Assembly: GCA_043777635.1 (NCBI GenBank)
Contig: JAYWHS010000602.1
Location: forward strand, 1-41,833
Length of the DNA: 41,833 bases
Direction: 5' to 3'
From: Kofleriaceae bacterium
GTDB lineage: Bacteria; Myxococcota_A; Polyangia; Haliangiales; Haliangiaceae
The stretch's first letter is position 1, and the number at the start of each line of letters is the position of its first letter. Shown here one piece after another: positions 16,201 to 23,831 of this stretch. Made by a program: the position numbers and the translations under genes. The notes beneath the pieces were generated by a model. It was not told the DNA's origin, did no database searches, and saw nothing but the letters and a program-made list of their open reading frames with translations.

Positions 16201-16585
16201 CCGACGGTTGCGCACCGGTTGCGGTAGCCCGCACTACGCGGCGCGCGAAGTGTGGATCGACGCGGTGCCCGGCCAGCCAGCCTTGTCTCCCTTCGCTGCG
16301 GATGTTTACGCGGTAGCGTGCATTGCCGGTGAAATGATGACGGGCGTTACGTTGGTAAATGGCGACTCCTTGGCGGAAGTTGTCGGGATTCACATGGCGG
16401 GCCACGCGGGCCGAGCGTTGGTGCCAAAACTGCAAAAGGCCAAGTTCGCAGATCTGGCCCAGCTGTTTACCTCGGCGCTCGATCGCGACACCAACAAGCG
16501 GCCGACGGTGCAGCGGTTCCGGCGCGGTTTAGCCGCACTGGCACCAGCATTAATCAGCCGACCGTGGCCTCTCGTCGATTTGTAG
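13283..16585 (+). CDS. Large Ser/Thr protein kinase: ~780-aa helical N-terminal region plus C-terminal Hanks-type kinase domain
   Basis: Gly-loop 'IGSGAAGSV', 'VAVKV' Lys, catalytic loop 'HLDVKPPNVVL' (non-RD), 'DFGLA' and 'GSPHYAAREV'. The N-terminal region is Ala/Leu/Arg-rich with no Walker motif seen. Confidence 0.85.
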   Translation: MSSARSYLRELATLAQSDDADVRRHVFRQGLAMLAAISEREPAPLEGISADDLRMSVRRAIDDGLFDELTWLSPSAAAAAIYELAQALPPGAERRELGRRVLTRLRFADHATFVRLAISLARTAPKTLNSDANYFRAIHVVSSPSNQSIGVAELALGILAQPLLTRLWVQEPAIGSLIGRHGSARIVAHAAREAVARHRAGDLGGVALLSRPAVRATIAQLLADREALVWRWAAVARGLLAHVDSEFADDIARELTSNNNSELRRGTLSAVAAFELGGAAMRWWDLVVTQAKTQPGIARSAVMGIVGFATVAPAQADDLIMTLLSHSDSPPHELDLCDALAELCRDESISLLPRSTTDAAKRMRARLQQAIASGNPASRGLCASLLIDLTSAEPAAQHGVLPSIATARQDLARGDMAAAHRAAQSTIEELAIAIETLARPALDDLSVEHEVRLLRELDREVLSNVTLPAVLAASHDDVATSAILRGSLHQLEAVLVMRELEGIERPFELRLSQLRALIRLLDSAPNDDDPSNRILAMQQLLLRARDEHSSLRRAVYVAMTRAADALIRSGDIELGDVLLVWPQEFPPHEDFAIVREASMLPELESTFSAYVQLQHVAWAKANDRPALLQICSALAALAQAMPTATSPRLDGVRSVISQLAGKLRLLCNARCRADIADATIDALCEIAATLAMRIGGARQRLGLDALELPNGNLEQALRAIGHTLTFIRSANTDDATNGINLSLELEEQIGITIERASQALPPAIGKALERALLFVAQLPPVVAPSTQDVEHNDTDADFDGHFPQWMPLSRRLGGYSVLRPIGSGAAGSVLLAVRSDQSKRADQQPVAVKVPDYDGGAARSMSEAEFEAVFREEASALLSLPAHRHLAGFITFDASAKPKPILVMEYVRGPNLEHVIDSRRLGMARVCTILDGILQGLEIMHAHGLAHLDVKPPNVVLREGRDEAVLVDFGLAGRRLRTGCGSPHYAAREVWIDAVPGQPALSPFAADVYAVACIAGEMMTGVTLVNGDSLAEVVGIHMAGHAGRALVPKLQKAKFADLAQLFTSALDRDTNKRPTVQRFRRGLAALAPALISRPWPLVDL

Positions 16586-16608
16586 GTTTGCGACGACCGA
16601 AACGCCAA

Positions 16609-16631
16609 AACGCCTCGGTCAAAGAGGCGTT
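16609..16631 (-). terminator. Probable intrinsic terminator for the minus-strand lipoprotein gene, between convergent genes
   Basis: 8-bp stem aacgcctc (16609-16616) / gaggcgtt (16624-16631) with a 7-nt loop. On the minus strand it is followed by TTTTGGCGTTT. Confidence 0.45.
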
Positions 16632-16661
16632 GTAGGTGAGCTAACGGTAAAACAATCGTGA

Positions 16662-17054
16662 CTAGTAGCCAGGCGCTGGTGGGCCGGCAGGCGCTGGAGC
16701 TGGCCCTGGTGCAACTGGTGCGCCGTTGCACTGATACTGCACGCGCCATTCAGTGGCGGTGCGGGTGCTTTGGCCGGCTTGTTGGGTAACCGAACCATCA
16801 CGATTTTGGTAGGTGTCCGAACGTGCACCGGTGTCGGTGCCGATTGGTACTTCACCTTCATTAAGAACTTGATAACCACCTGGGCAGTGCGCTTGCATGT
16901 CCTTGGTGGCGGCTTCCATGGCTTTGCCACGGTCGCCATTGAGCGCGATGGTGCCACCGTATTGTGTGCGTTGAACGTAGCGCGCCGAACCGCAGCCTGC
17001 GAGTGCGATGCTTACGAGACCTGCGACTAGACCAAGTTTCCCGAGTTTCTTCAT
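16662..17054 (-). CDS. Small lipoprotein, unknown function, Pro-rich C-terminus
   Basis: 'MKKLGKLGLVAGLVSIALAGCGS' is a clean signal peptide with lipobox. ATG at 17054. The C-terminal tail is 'APVAPGPAPAPAGPPAPGY'. Confidence 0.7.
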   Translation of the reverse strand: MKKLGKLGLVAGLVSIALAGCGSARYVQRTQYGGTIALNGDRGKAMEAATKDMQAHCPGGYQVLNEGEVPIGTDTGARSDTYQNRDGSVTQQAGQSTRTATEWRVQYQCNGAPVAPGPAPAPAGPPAPGY

Positions 17055-17200
17055 ACGTGACTGCCCTTTGTTGGAACTGACGGACGTTATGCTCGAAATT
17101 GTAATACGTCCTTGGCTCGGCGCGCAATGGCTGCACCCATTTGCCGCTTTTTCGGCGGTTAGATGTGACTTCCCTCGCAGACTAGGCTACGCCGCGCGGC

Positions 17201-18232
17201 ATGGACGAACATCGAGTATTTGATCAATCGCCGGAATGGCGGGCCAAGTGCACCGAGATGTTCGGCAACCGCTTGGCCAAGAATTCCAAACACCTGCGCA
17301 AATGGGCCAAACGTGAAGCCTTGGATTGTTACCGAGTCTACGATCAGGACATCCCTGAAGTCCCCATCGTCGTCGATTTTTACGCTGGGGCGATCGTGCT
17401 GGGCGACTACCGCATGCACGATGACGACGGCCAACGGCGCGGCGGTGACGAATGGCTCGACGACATGGCGGTCAAGGCTAGCCAGGTGCTCGGCATCGCC
17501 ATTGATGAAGTTTTTGTCAAAGGCCGACAACGCTTGGCCCACCACGGCGAAGGCCAACAATACCGTCGCTTGGCCGAAGACTCGGCGCACCGAGTCGTCC
17601 ACGAAGCCGGCCATACCTTCATCGTGAATCTGAGTGATTTCGTCGACACCGGACTATTTCTGGATCACCGCATCACCCGCGTGCGCGTCGCCAACGAAAA
17701 ATTCGCACGGCCGGTGCCGCGCATGCTCAACCTATTTTGTTACACCGGCGCGTTTTCAATTCACGCTGCGGCCGCTGGCATGATTACTACCAGCGTCGAT
17801 ATGTCACGCACCTATATGGATTGGGCTGCGGCCAACTTCGAAGAAAATCAAATCAACCTCGGTGCCCATACCCTGGTGCAGAGCGATGTACAAAAATACC
17901 TGGCAGGCGCCCACGCCGCCAATGAACGCTTTGAACTAGCGGTGGTCGATCCCCCGACATTTTCTAACTCCAAACGCATGGATTACACCTGGGATATCCA
18001 GCGCGACCATGGTGGCCTGCTATCCGACGTCGCCGGCTTAATGTCGCCGGGCGGGGTAATTTGGTTTTCCACCAATCGCCGCAAGTTTAACTTGGAGCTC
18101 GACAAAGAGCCGGCCTTCGACGGTGCGACGGTCACCGACGAAAGCAAAGCCACCATCCCTCCTGACTTTCGCGATTCTAAGGTGCATCACGCGTATCGCA
18201 TCGTGATGCCGCTAGCCAAACATTTGCGCTGA
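17201..18232 (+). CDS. Class I SAM-dependent rRNA methyltransferase, homologous to the C-terminal (RlmK, m7G2069) half of E. coli RlmKL
   Basis: Collinear similarity to the YcbY/RlmKL C-terminal half as I recall it: 'FGNRLAKNSKHLRKWAKREALDCYRVYDQDIPE', 'FVDTGLFLDHRITR', 'LNLFCYTGAFS', 'SVDMSRTYMDWA', 'VDPPTFSNSKRM' and 'DIQRDH'. Confidence 0.85.
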   Translation: MDEHRVFDQSPEWRAKCTEMFGNRLAKNSKHLRKWAKREALDCYRVYDQDIPEVPIVVDFYAGAIVLGDYRMHDDDGQRRGGDEWLDDMAVKASQVLGIAIDEVFVKGRQRLAHHGEGQQYRRLAEDSAHRVVHEAGHTFIVNLSDFVDTGLFLDHRITRVRVANEKFARPVPRMLNLFCYTGAFSIHAAAAGMITTSVDMSRTYMDWAAANFEENQINLGAHTLVQSDVQKYLAGAHAANERFELAVVDPPTFSNSKRMDYTWDIQRDHGGLLSDVAGLMSPGGVIWFSTNRRKFNLELDKEPAFDGATVTDESKATIPPDFRDSKVHHAYRIVMPLAKHLR

Positions 18233-18258
18233 CGGCAACAAGCTGGCGCTCGTTGATC

Positions 18259-19086
18259 TTAGGCATTGACCCCAAGCGTCAGCGTTGCAGCCATGCCCGC
18301 AGCTACCGTCCCCGTAACATTCGCGAGTTGGCTGATGCCACCATCATCGCTAAACACATTGTCCGTGGCCAAACTTGTTTGGGCTAAATTCGTCACGCTA
18401 GCGCTGTAACCCGTGGTTGCAAAGACGGTTTCACAAGCAGATTTTGGCAAAGCGAGCTGCGAAGTTTTAATTTTGTTGGTCGCCGTTGTCGCTTTGGCCA
18501 GCGACGCATAGATTTCAAAATGGATGTGGGCCCAACGGCCGGAGTACGCCGCAGGGAATATTGACGTGAACGTTACTTGACCATTCGCATCGGTGACCTG
18601 CACGCCGCGCAAGTAGTTCTCGTTGGTAATACCGTTGCTGTACATCGAATACAGCCCAGCTCGATCGCAGTGCCACAAATACACGGCGTAGCCCACCAAC
18701 GGCGCACAACCATTTTTGGTGCTCACGAGTGTCAATGTAATGGTCAGTGGCACACCCGATGTCACGGTACTTGTCGTTAGACTTGAGCGAATATCGCTGC
18801 GCACGATACCGGAAAGCGTAAGGGCATTTAGGCCGTTGTTGTTGGAACCATCGCCGGGGTACGGACCGGCGGTTTCCTCGGGAATGGTCGAACATGACCC
18901 GCCATCGCCGGTGGTAGTCGTTGCATCAACATCGGTTGCCGTCGACGAGCCACAACCCAACACTGGCAAAACCAAGGCGGTACCACCGACGGCACCGACC
19001 CAACCAAGAAATTTCCGGCGCGACAGTTGGGTTGCGAGCATTTGCAGATCGTGATCAAGCCCCTGATGATGATTGTGCTTTTTCAT
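18259..19086 (-). CDS. Tat-exported intradiol ring-cleavage dioxygenase-like protein
   Basis: Tat signal 'SRRKFLGWVGAVGGTALVLPVLGCG'. 'YLWHCDRAGLYS' and 'GRWAHIHFEI' are typical of the Dioxygenase_C fold. The track ORF starts at a TTG (19095); an ATG lies at 19086 (MKKHNHH...). Confidence 0.75.
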   Translation of the reverse strand: MKKHNHHQGLDHDLQMLATQLSRRKFLGWVGAVGGTALVLPVLGCGSSTATDVDATTTTGDGGSCSTIPEETAGPYPGDGSNNNGLNALTLSGIVRSDIRSSLTTSTVTSGVPLTITLTLVSTKNGCAPLVGYAVYLWHCDRAGLYSMYSNGITNENYLRGVQVTDANGQVTFTSIFPAAYSGRWAHIHFEIYASLAKATTATNKIKTSQLALPKSACETVFATTGYSASVTNLAQTSLATDNVFSDDGGISQLANVTGTVAAGMAATLTLGVNA

Positions 19087-19145
19087 AGAAATCAAAACTA
19101 CCTGGCAACTTTGGCTTTTCTATTACAACCATGTTGCAGTTTGTT

Positions 19146-19811
19146 TCAAGCCACGTCGGCTGCATCACCGACGCCCAAGGCCGCACGCAGACTGCGCAGC
19201 ACTGTTGGCGTTGCAACCACACAGCGCTGGCGTTGTTCATCGATTGCACGCTGCATCGCGACCAGATCGCTAGCCGATGGTGCAAGGCGGGGCCGATCAT
19301 GCAACATCCGCTGCAATCGATGCACGATCGATTCGGTGCGCTGCAGATCGTGCGGCACGCCGAATTCAAGCAACCGCCGGTGCAACTGCGCCATCGCAGC
19401 GACGCCATCGACCGCGTCATCGGCGTCCCAACACAGCACATTGGATTCGGTCGCCAAGGCCGAAATGTACGCCTGAGCATTGCTTGGGTCATTGGCCAAT
19501 TCAGCATCGAGCAACAGTTCAATCCCGATGTGGCCGGTGGCACGCGCTGGGCCACGCGCACAGCCATACGCTGCCAACCGCTCACCGAGTTCGCGCATGA
19601 GCCCCAACACCACGGGCAAACCGTGAAAAGCGGCATCAGTGCGATGATGCAAAGCAATACCCGCTGCCACTGCCGCGTCGGTGGTTGCCGGTTGAGCCAG
19701 CCTGGCCCGGGTCATCGCTGCAAAATCGGGCACCATGGAGCCAAACCCATGGGCTGCCGCACGGTCGGTCGAAAACCATGTCGCGACGGCACAATGGCCA
19801 AAAAAATTCAT
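19146..19811 (-). CDS. Hypothetical protein, possibly ACP phosphodiesterase (AcpH)-like
   Basis: From the ATG at 19811: 'MNFFGHCAV...VPDFAAM...GIALHHRTDAAFHGLP' resembles the AcpH N-terminal pattern (MNFLAH...H.R.D..FH). A mirror ORF on the + strand (19131-19883) has Arg/Cys/His-rich nonsense composition. Confidence 0.5.
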   Translation of the reverse strand: MNFFGHCAVATWFSTDRAAAHGFGSMVPDFAAMTRARLAQPATTDAAVAAGIALHHRTDAAFHGLPVVLGLMRELGERLAAYGCARGPARATGHIGIELLLDAELANDPSNAQAYISALATESNVLCWDADDAVDGVAAMAQLHRRLLEFGVPHDLQRTESIVHRLQRMLHDRPRLAPSASDLVAMQRAIDEQRQRCVVATPTVLRSLRAALGVGDAADVA

Positions 19812-19974
19812 GCCGAGCCCGAGCGTAGTCCTTTTTACGTGTCTGCGGGGCCAGCGCAGTTGGGCGAAAAACAACTATCTTGAACGGCAGCCAACGGCCA
19901 CTGCACGCGAGCCGCATGCGGCGTGCAAGCTTCGGCAGCTTCGAGGCACCAAAAGTACTGGCACCGGCCGACCG

Positions 19975-20436
19975 ATGCAGTACAGTGCGTCGGTGTTTAG
20001 GCCGGCGCAACATCGCTCTCGATTTTGGGCGGCGACGTGCGCGGCGGCGTTGGTCACGCTGGCTGCCGCCGGTTGCAGCGACGATCCGCCGGCATGTATT
20101 GCATTGGCTGCAACCTGCCAACCGTTGTACCCGCCAACTTTCGAAAACGTCTACAACAATACGATCGCCAAAAAATGCGGCGGCGATTCAGCGTCATGTC
20201 ACTCAGTCGAAGGTATGCATGGCGGCCTAGTGCTGGCCGATCGGGCAACCGCATTCACCGCCTTAACCACGGCTGGCAGCCGACGCGCGGTAGCCGGCGA
20301 TGCAGCATGCAGTGGCATGATTGTGCGAATCAACAGCATCGGCCACGACTGGTCGATGCCACCTGAATCACCACTTGGTGCAGCTGAACGCTGCGCCATC
20401 GAACAATGGGTTCAAAACGGAGCCAGTGGACCATGA
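19975..20436 (+). CDS. Lipoprotein with a PSCyt1 (planctomycete cytochrome c)-like domain carrying CX6CH in place of CXXCH
   Basis: From the ATG at 19975: signal peptide with lipobox 'LAAAGC'. 'YNNTIAKKCGGDSASCHS...GGLVL...MPPESPLGAAERCAIEQWVQNGA' follows the PSCyt1 pattern (C..CH...GGL.L...MPP...L...E...WI..GA). The stop overlaps the next start (ATGA at 20433-20436). Confidence 0.6.
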   Translation: MQYSASVFRPAQHRSRFWAATCAAALVTLAAAGCSDDPPACIALAATCQPLYPPTFENVYNNTIAKKCGGDSASCHSVEGMHGGLVLADRATAFTALTTAGSRRAVAGDAACSGMIVRINSIGHDWSMPPESPLGAAERCAIEQWVQNGASGP

Positions 20437-21806
20437 CCCGTAGATGCATTTCGCTGAACTTGGTAGGCCTGGTTGCTGCACTCACACTAGCAAGCGCTTG
20501 CGGCGACAATGAAACTAGCCTGTCGGTTGAAGAACTGATGAAACCTGAAACTTGTTTGCAGTGTCACCCCAAACACTACAAAGAATGGTCGGGGTCCATG
20601 CACGCATACGCAGCCGACGATCCAGTTTTTATCGCCATGAACAAACGCGGCCAACGCGAAACCAATGGCGCGTTAGGCAGTTTCTGCATTAACTGTCACG
20701 CCCCGATGGCGGTGCAATTGGGGTTAACCACCGACGGCAGTAACTTGGCCGAGTTGCCGCAATGGTCCAAAGGCGTGACGTGTTATTTTTGTCACAACGT
20801 AAAAGCCATCACCGACACGCACAACAATCCGATCACCTTGTTCAACGATGATGTCATGCGCGGCGGCATTACCGACCCAGTTAGAAGCCCAGCGCACCGT
20901 ACCGAATACAGTGAACTGGTCGACACCGACAACCAACAATCGTCAGCGATGTGTGGCGCCTGCCACGACATTGTGACACCACGCAATATTCATTTGGAAC
21001 GCACGTTTGCCGAATGGCAAACCACAATCTTTGCGCAACCCGATCCTCGCCAACATTTAACGTGTGGCCAGTGCCACATGATCGCCAACGACGATGTCGT
21101 CGCCAGCGCGCCTGGACTCAAGGTGCCGTTGCGCCAGCAAGGCCGTCGCGAACACACGTTTGCGGGTATCGATACCGCGCTAACGCCATGGCCCGAAATG
21201 GCCGAGCAACGGGCTGCCATCGATCGCGATCTCAAGGGCGTGGTAGCAGCCAAACTATGCGTGGTGCCGACCAACGGTGGCGAAATCACCTTGCGACTCG
21301 ACAACATTGGCGGTGGCCACATGTTCCCAAGTGGCGCAGCTCATGATCGCCGAGCATGGGTTGAACTAGTCGCCTACGACAGCAATAACCAAATCATATT
21401 TCAAAGTGGTGTCGTTCCCAATGACAAAGATCCCGAAGACATCGCGGATCCAAACTTGTTTTTTATGTGGGACAAAACCTTCAAATCCGACAACACGCCG
21501 GCAGATTTTTTCTGGGACGTCGCGCGCTACGAAAGCTTTTTGTTGAAGCCAGCGGTCACGTTAGATTTTAATGACCCGCGCTACGACCATGCCACCACCC
21601 ACTCTTATGTCGTCGGGCCGGCACGCGCGCAGATTGTCAAAGTTACCGCCGTGGTGAAAATCCGCGCGGTGCCGTTGCACCTGATGCGCGAGCTGCGCAG
21701 CGACGGGTTACCTGAGTCAGCCATCACGAATCTGCCAACATTAGAGCTCTCGGGCACCAAACTAACGTGGACGCCCGCGACTGCCACAAATCTCTGTGTT
21801 GACTAA
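20433..21806 (+). CDS. Pentaheme c-type cytochrome lipoprotein
   Basis: From the ATG at 20433: 'MTRRCISLNLVGLVAALTLASAC' (lipobox). There are five CXXCH motifs: CLQCH, CINCH, CYFCH, CGACH and CGQCH. The C-terminal ~200 aa lack heme motifs. Confidence 0.85.
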   Translation: MTRRCISLNLVGLVAALTLASACGDNETSLSVEELMKPETCLQCHPKHYKEWSGSMHAYAADDPVFIAMNKRGQRETNGALGSFCINCHAPMAVQLGLTTDGSNLAELPQWSKGVTCYFCHNVKAITDTHNNPITLFNDDVMRGGITDPVRSPAHRTEYSELVDTDNQQSSAMCGACHDIVTPRNIHLERTFAEWQTTIFAQPDPRQHLTCGQCHMIANDDVVASAPGLKVPLRQQGRREHTFAGIDTALTPWPEMAEQRAAIDRDLKGVVAAKLCVVPTNGGEITLRLDNIGGGHMFPSGAAHDRRAWVELVAYDSNNQIIFQSGVVPNDKDPEDIADPNLFFMWDKTFKSDNTPADFFWDVARYESFLLKPAVTLDFNDPRYDHATTHSYVVGPARAQIVKVTAVVKIRAVPLHLMRELRSDGLPESAITNLPTLELSGTKLTWTPATATNLCVD

Positions 21807-21833
21807 TTTTGTGGTAAGCAACGCTGCAAAATC

Positions 21834-22544
21834 ATGCACGCCACCACTTTACTCACAGCGTTAGCCGGTGGCCTGCTTGGCGTGCGCCATGCCTTTGAAC
21901 CAGACCATCTTGCGGCGGTCGCGACACTTACCGATGGCAGCCCAACCCAAACGCAAAAGTATGCGGGTGGTACACTGGTGAAAAATGCACTACTTGGAGC
22001 CTGGTGGGGCGTTGGCCACACTGCGGCACTGGTAGTGGTGATCGCGGGTTTTTCGATGATCAATGCGACGATGGCACCAGCGATCGAACAGGGCTTTGAG
22101 CTAATCGTCGCAGCGATGTTAATGCTGCTTGGCGGCCGCGCGCTTGTTCGCAGCTATCGCAGCGTAGCACGTGAGCCACTGACACTGCACCACCATGCTC
22201 AAGTGGCGCATAGTCATGCCGGTGGTGCCCACATGCATTTTGGTCGCGACCACATCCGCACACTGCATTGGCGGTCGCTCGCAGTTGGCGCAGTTCATGG
22301 GTTGGCCGGCAGCGGTGCGTTGCTGATCTTGGTCGCAACCCAAATTGACACGATCGCCGGCCGCTTATTCTATGCGCTGATGTTCGGACTTGGCTCGGTG
22401 CTCGGCATGGCCGCGATGACCGCAGCGAGTGGGATGATACTGCATCGGCTGACCGGCGCGGCTCAACGTTGGTTGCATCGTGGCCTTGGCGCATGCTCTA
22501 TCGCGATGGGCGTGTGGTGGGCGGCGCTCACGCTGATGCACTGA
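21834..22544 (+). CDS. NicO/RcnA/UreH-like nickel-cobalt transporter family membrane protein
   Basis: The signature 'GVRHAFEPDHLAAVATL' (H-x4-D-H) lies in the first TM segment. The central His-rich loop is 'TLHHHAQVAHSHAGGAHMHFGRDH'. There are about six hydrophobic segments. Confidence 0.7.
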   Translation: MHATTLLTALAGGLLGVRHAFEPDHLAAVATLTDGSPTQTQKYAGGTLVKNALLGAWWGVGHTAALVVVIAGFSMINATMAPAIEQGFELIVAAMLMLLGGRALVRSYRSVAREPLTLHHHAQVAHSHAGGAHMHFGRDHIRTLHWRSLAVGAVHGLAGSGALLILVATQIDTIAGRLFYALMFGLGSVLGMAAMTAASGMILHRLTGAAQRWLHRGLGACSIAMGVWWAALTLMH

Positions 22545-22550
22545 GCGGTC

Positions 22551-23831
22551 TCAATCGCAGGTATTGCGCAATGTTGGAAACGCGCCGGTCGGGATAACGC
22601 TGCACGGCGGTGCCAACGTACAAACCGGTACTTCCTTATACTTGAGTTGCACGATGTTGATTCTCCGCACCCCTGGCTTATCGGCAACGGCTAACGTAAC
22701 CCCTACTAGCGCCGACGTTTGATTGGCGTCGTGGGTCAAGACCTCGCCGATGTACGTACAACTATTGGCATCGGCATTGGTTTGGAACTTCATGGTCGTC
22801 GCAATGCCGGCAATATAATCGGCATCCTGGCATGGCTGCCCCGTGAGCGCCGCTGGTAGCGTAATTTTAGTACAGCTCTTGGTATCGCCGGGTTTAAACT
22901 GCACCTCACAAACAATGGTTGCCGGCAATTCCGTCAAATCGAATCCCGGTGCCACCGGCCGCATGCATTGCGACGGAACGACACAAATCGCAGCGCCAGC
23001 ATTAGCCGGCTCAGCGGATTCTGGCGCAACACCATCGCATTCACTTTCGCGAGCTGCCGATGGCGACGAATCGTCACAAGCAAATGATGACCCAAGTCGA
23101 CAGTAGTCACCGTCGATATCAGTTTGAGCACAGAACTTGTCGACGCGATCGTCGAAGCGGATGCAATCGCCACCGGTGTCGCGGCCATCACATGATTCAA
23201 CGTCCGACGCGTTGCGATCGAGTACGTCGATATCACAAGTCATATTCATGGGTGACGTATCGTCGCTAGTCTTGATGCCATCACAATCGATGTCATCGGT
23301 GCGCGTCACTGCATCGACGGATCTGTCAGTTTTCACTGCAATACATTGATACTTTTCACGCCCAAAATCAGCCAAGCCCTGGTTGTCAGCGGGGCTAGCG
23401 AGCGCCAACGCGTACTCATTGACTCGCGAATCAGCGACCACAATAGTTTCGCGGTCGAAACTCACTGGTTCGCCTTTGAGATAGCCCACAACGATTACCT
23501 TGTTGCCTTTGGGCGTGGCGCTTGATGGAACAAAGTACACGAAGGAAGAATCGCTGGCGCTGATAGCCACGCTGTCGTTGGCAGCATAGTCACGCAACAG
23601 CACCAACGGCTTGTTCGCAGGTGCGAGTTGCGGAATCGCACGCAACTCATTTGTGCTAGTTGCATTGCCGTTGGCAAAAAAGAATTCGAGATGATCAATC
23701 GACCCTGGTGCAAATGAAACTTGCAAGGCTGCACCGGATTGAGTTTCGCAAGACGCGAGGGCGCTCAACACGCCCAGCGTTGCAATCAAAGACAACTGAC
23801 GTCGCCGTGGGCGCAACTGTATGACCATCAT
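22551..23831 (-). CDS. Cys-rich lipoprotein, unknown function (paralog B)
   Basis: Signal peptide with lipobox 'LSALASC'. The ATG at 23831 overlaps the upstream stop (TAATG); the track ORF begins at a GTG (23840). It shares the architecture of the upstream gene. Confidence 0.7.
   Translation of the reverse strand: MMVIQLRPRRRQLSLIATLGVLSALASCETQSGAALQVSFAPGSIDHLEFFFANGNATSTNELRAIPQLAPANKPLVLLRDYAANDSVAISASDSSFVYFVPSSATPKGNKVIVVGYLKGEPVSFDRETIVVADSRVNEYALALASPADNQGLADFGREKYQCIAVKTDRSVDAVTRTDDIDCDGIKTSDDTSPMNMTCDIDVLDRNASDVESCDGRDTGGDCIRFDDRVDKFCAQTDIDGDYCRLGSSFACDDSSPSAARESECDGVAPESAEPANAGAAICVVPSQCMRPVAPGFDLTELPATIVCEVQFKPGDTKSCTKITLPAALTGQPCQDADYIAGIATTMKFQTNADANSCTYIGEVLTHDANQTSALVGVTLAVADKPGVRRINIVQLKYKEVPVCTLAPPCSVIPTGAFPTLRNTCD

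Noticed and set aside
19131-19883. 250-aa + strand ORF mirroring the 19146-19811 minus-strand gene.
   Set aside because: The + frame is Arg/Cys/His/Gln-rich with no recognisable motif. The minus frame starts 'MNFFGH...' and resembles AcpH-type proteins. Strand choice remains moderately uncertain, hence the 0.5 confidence on that feature.
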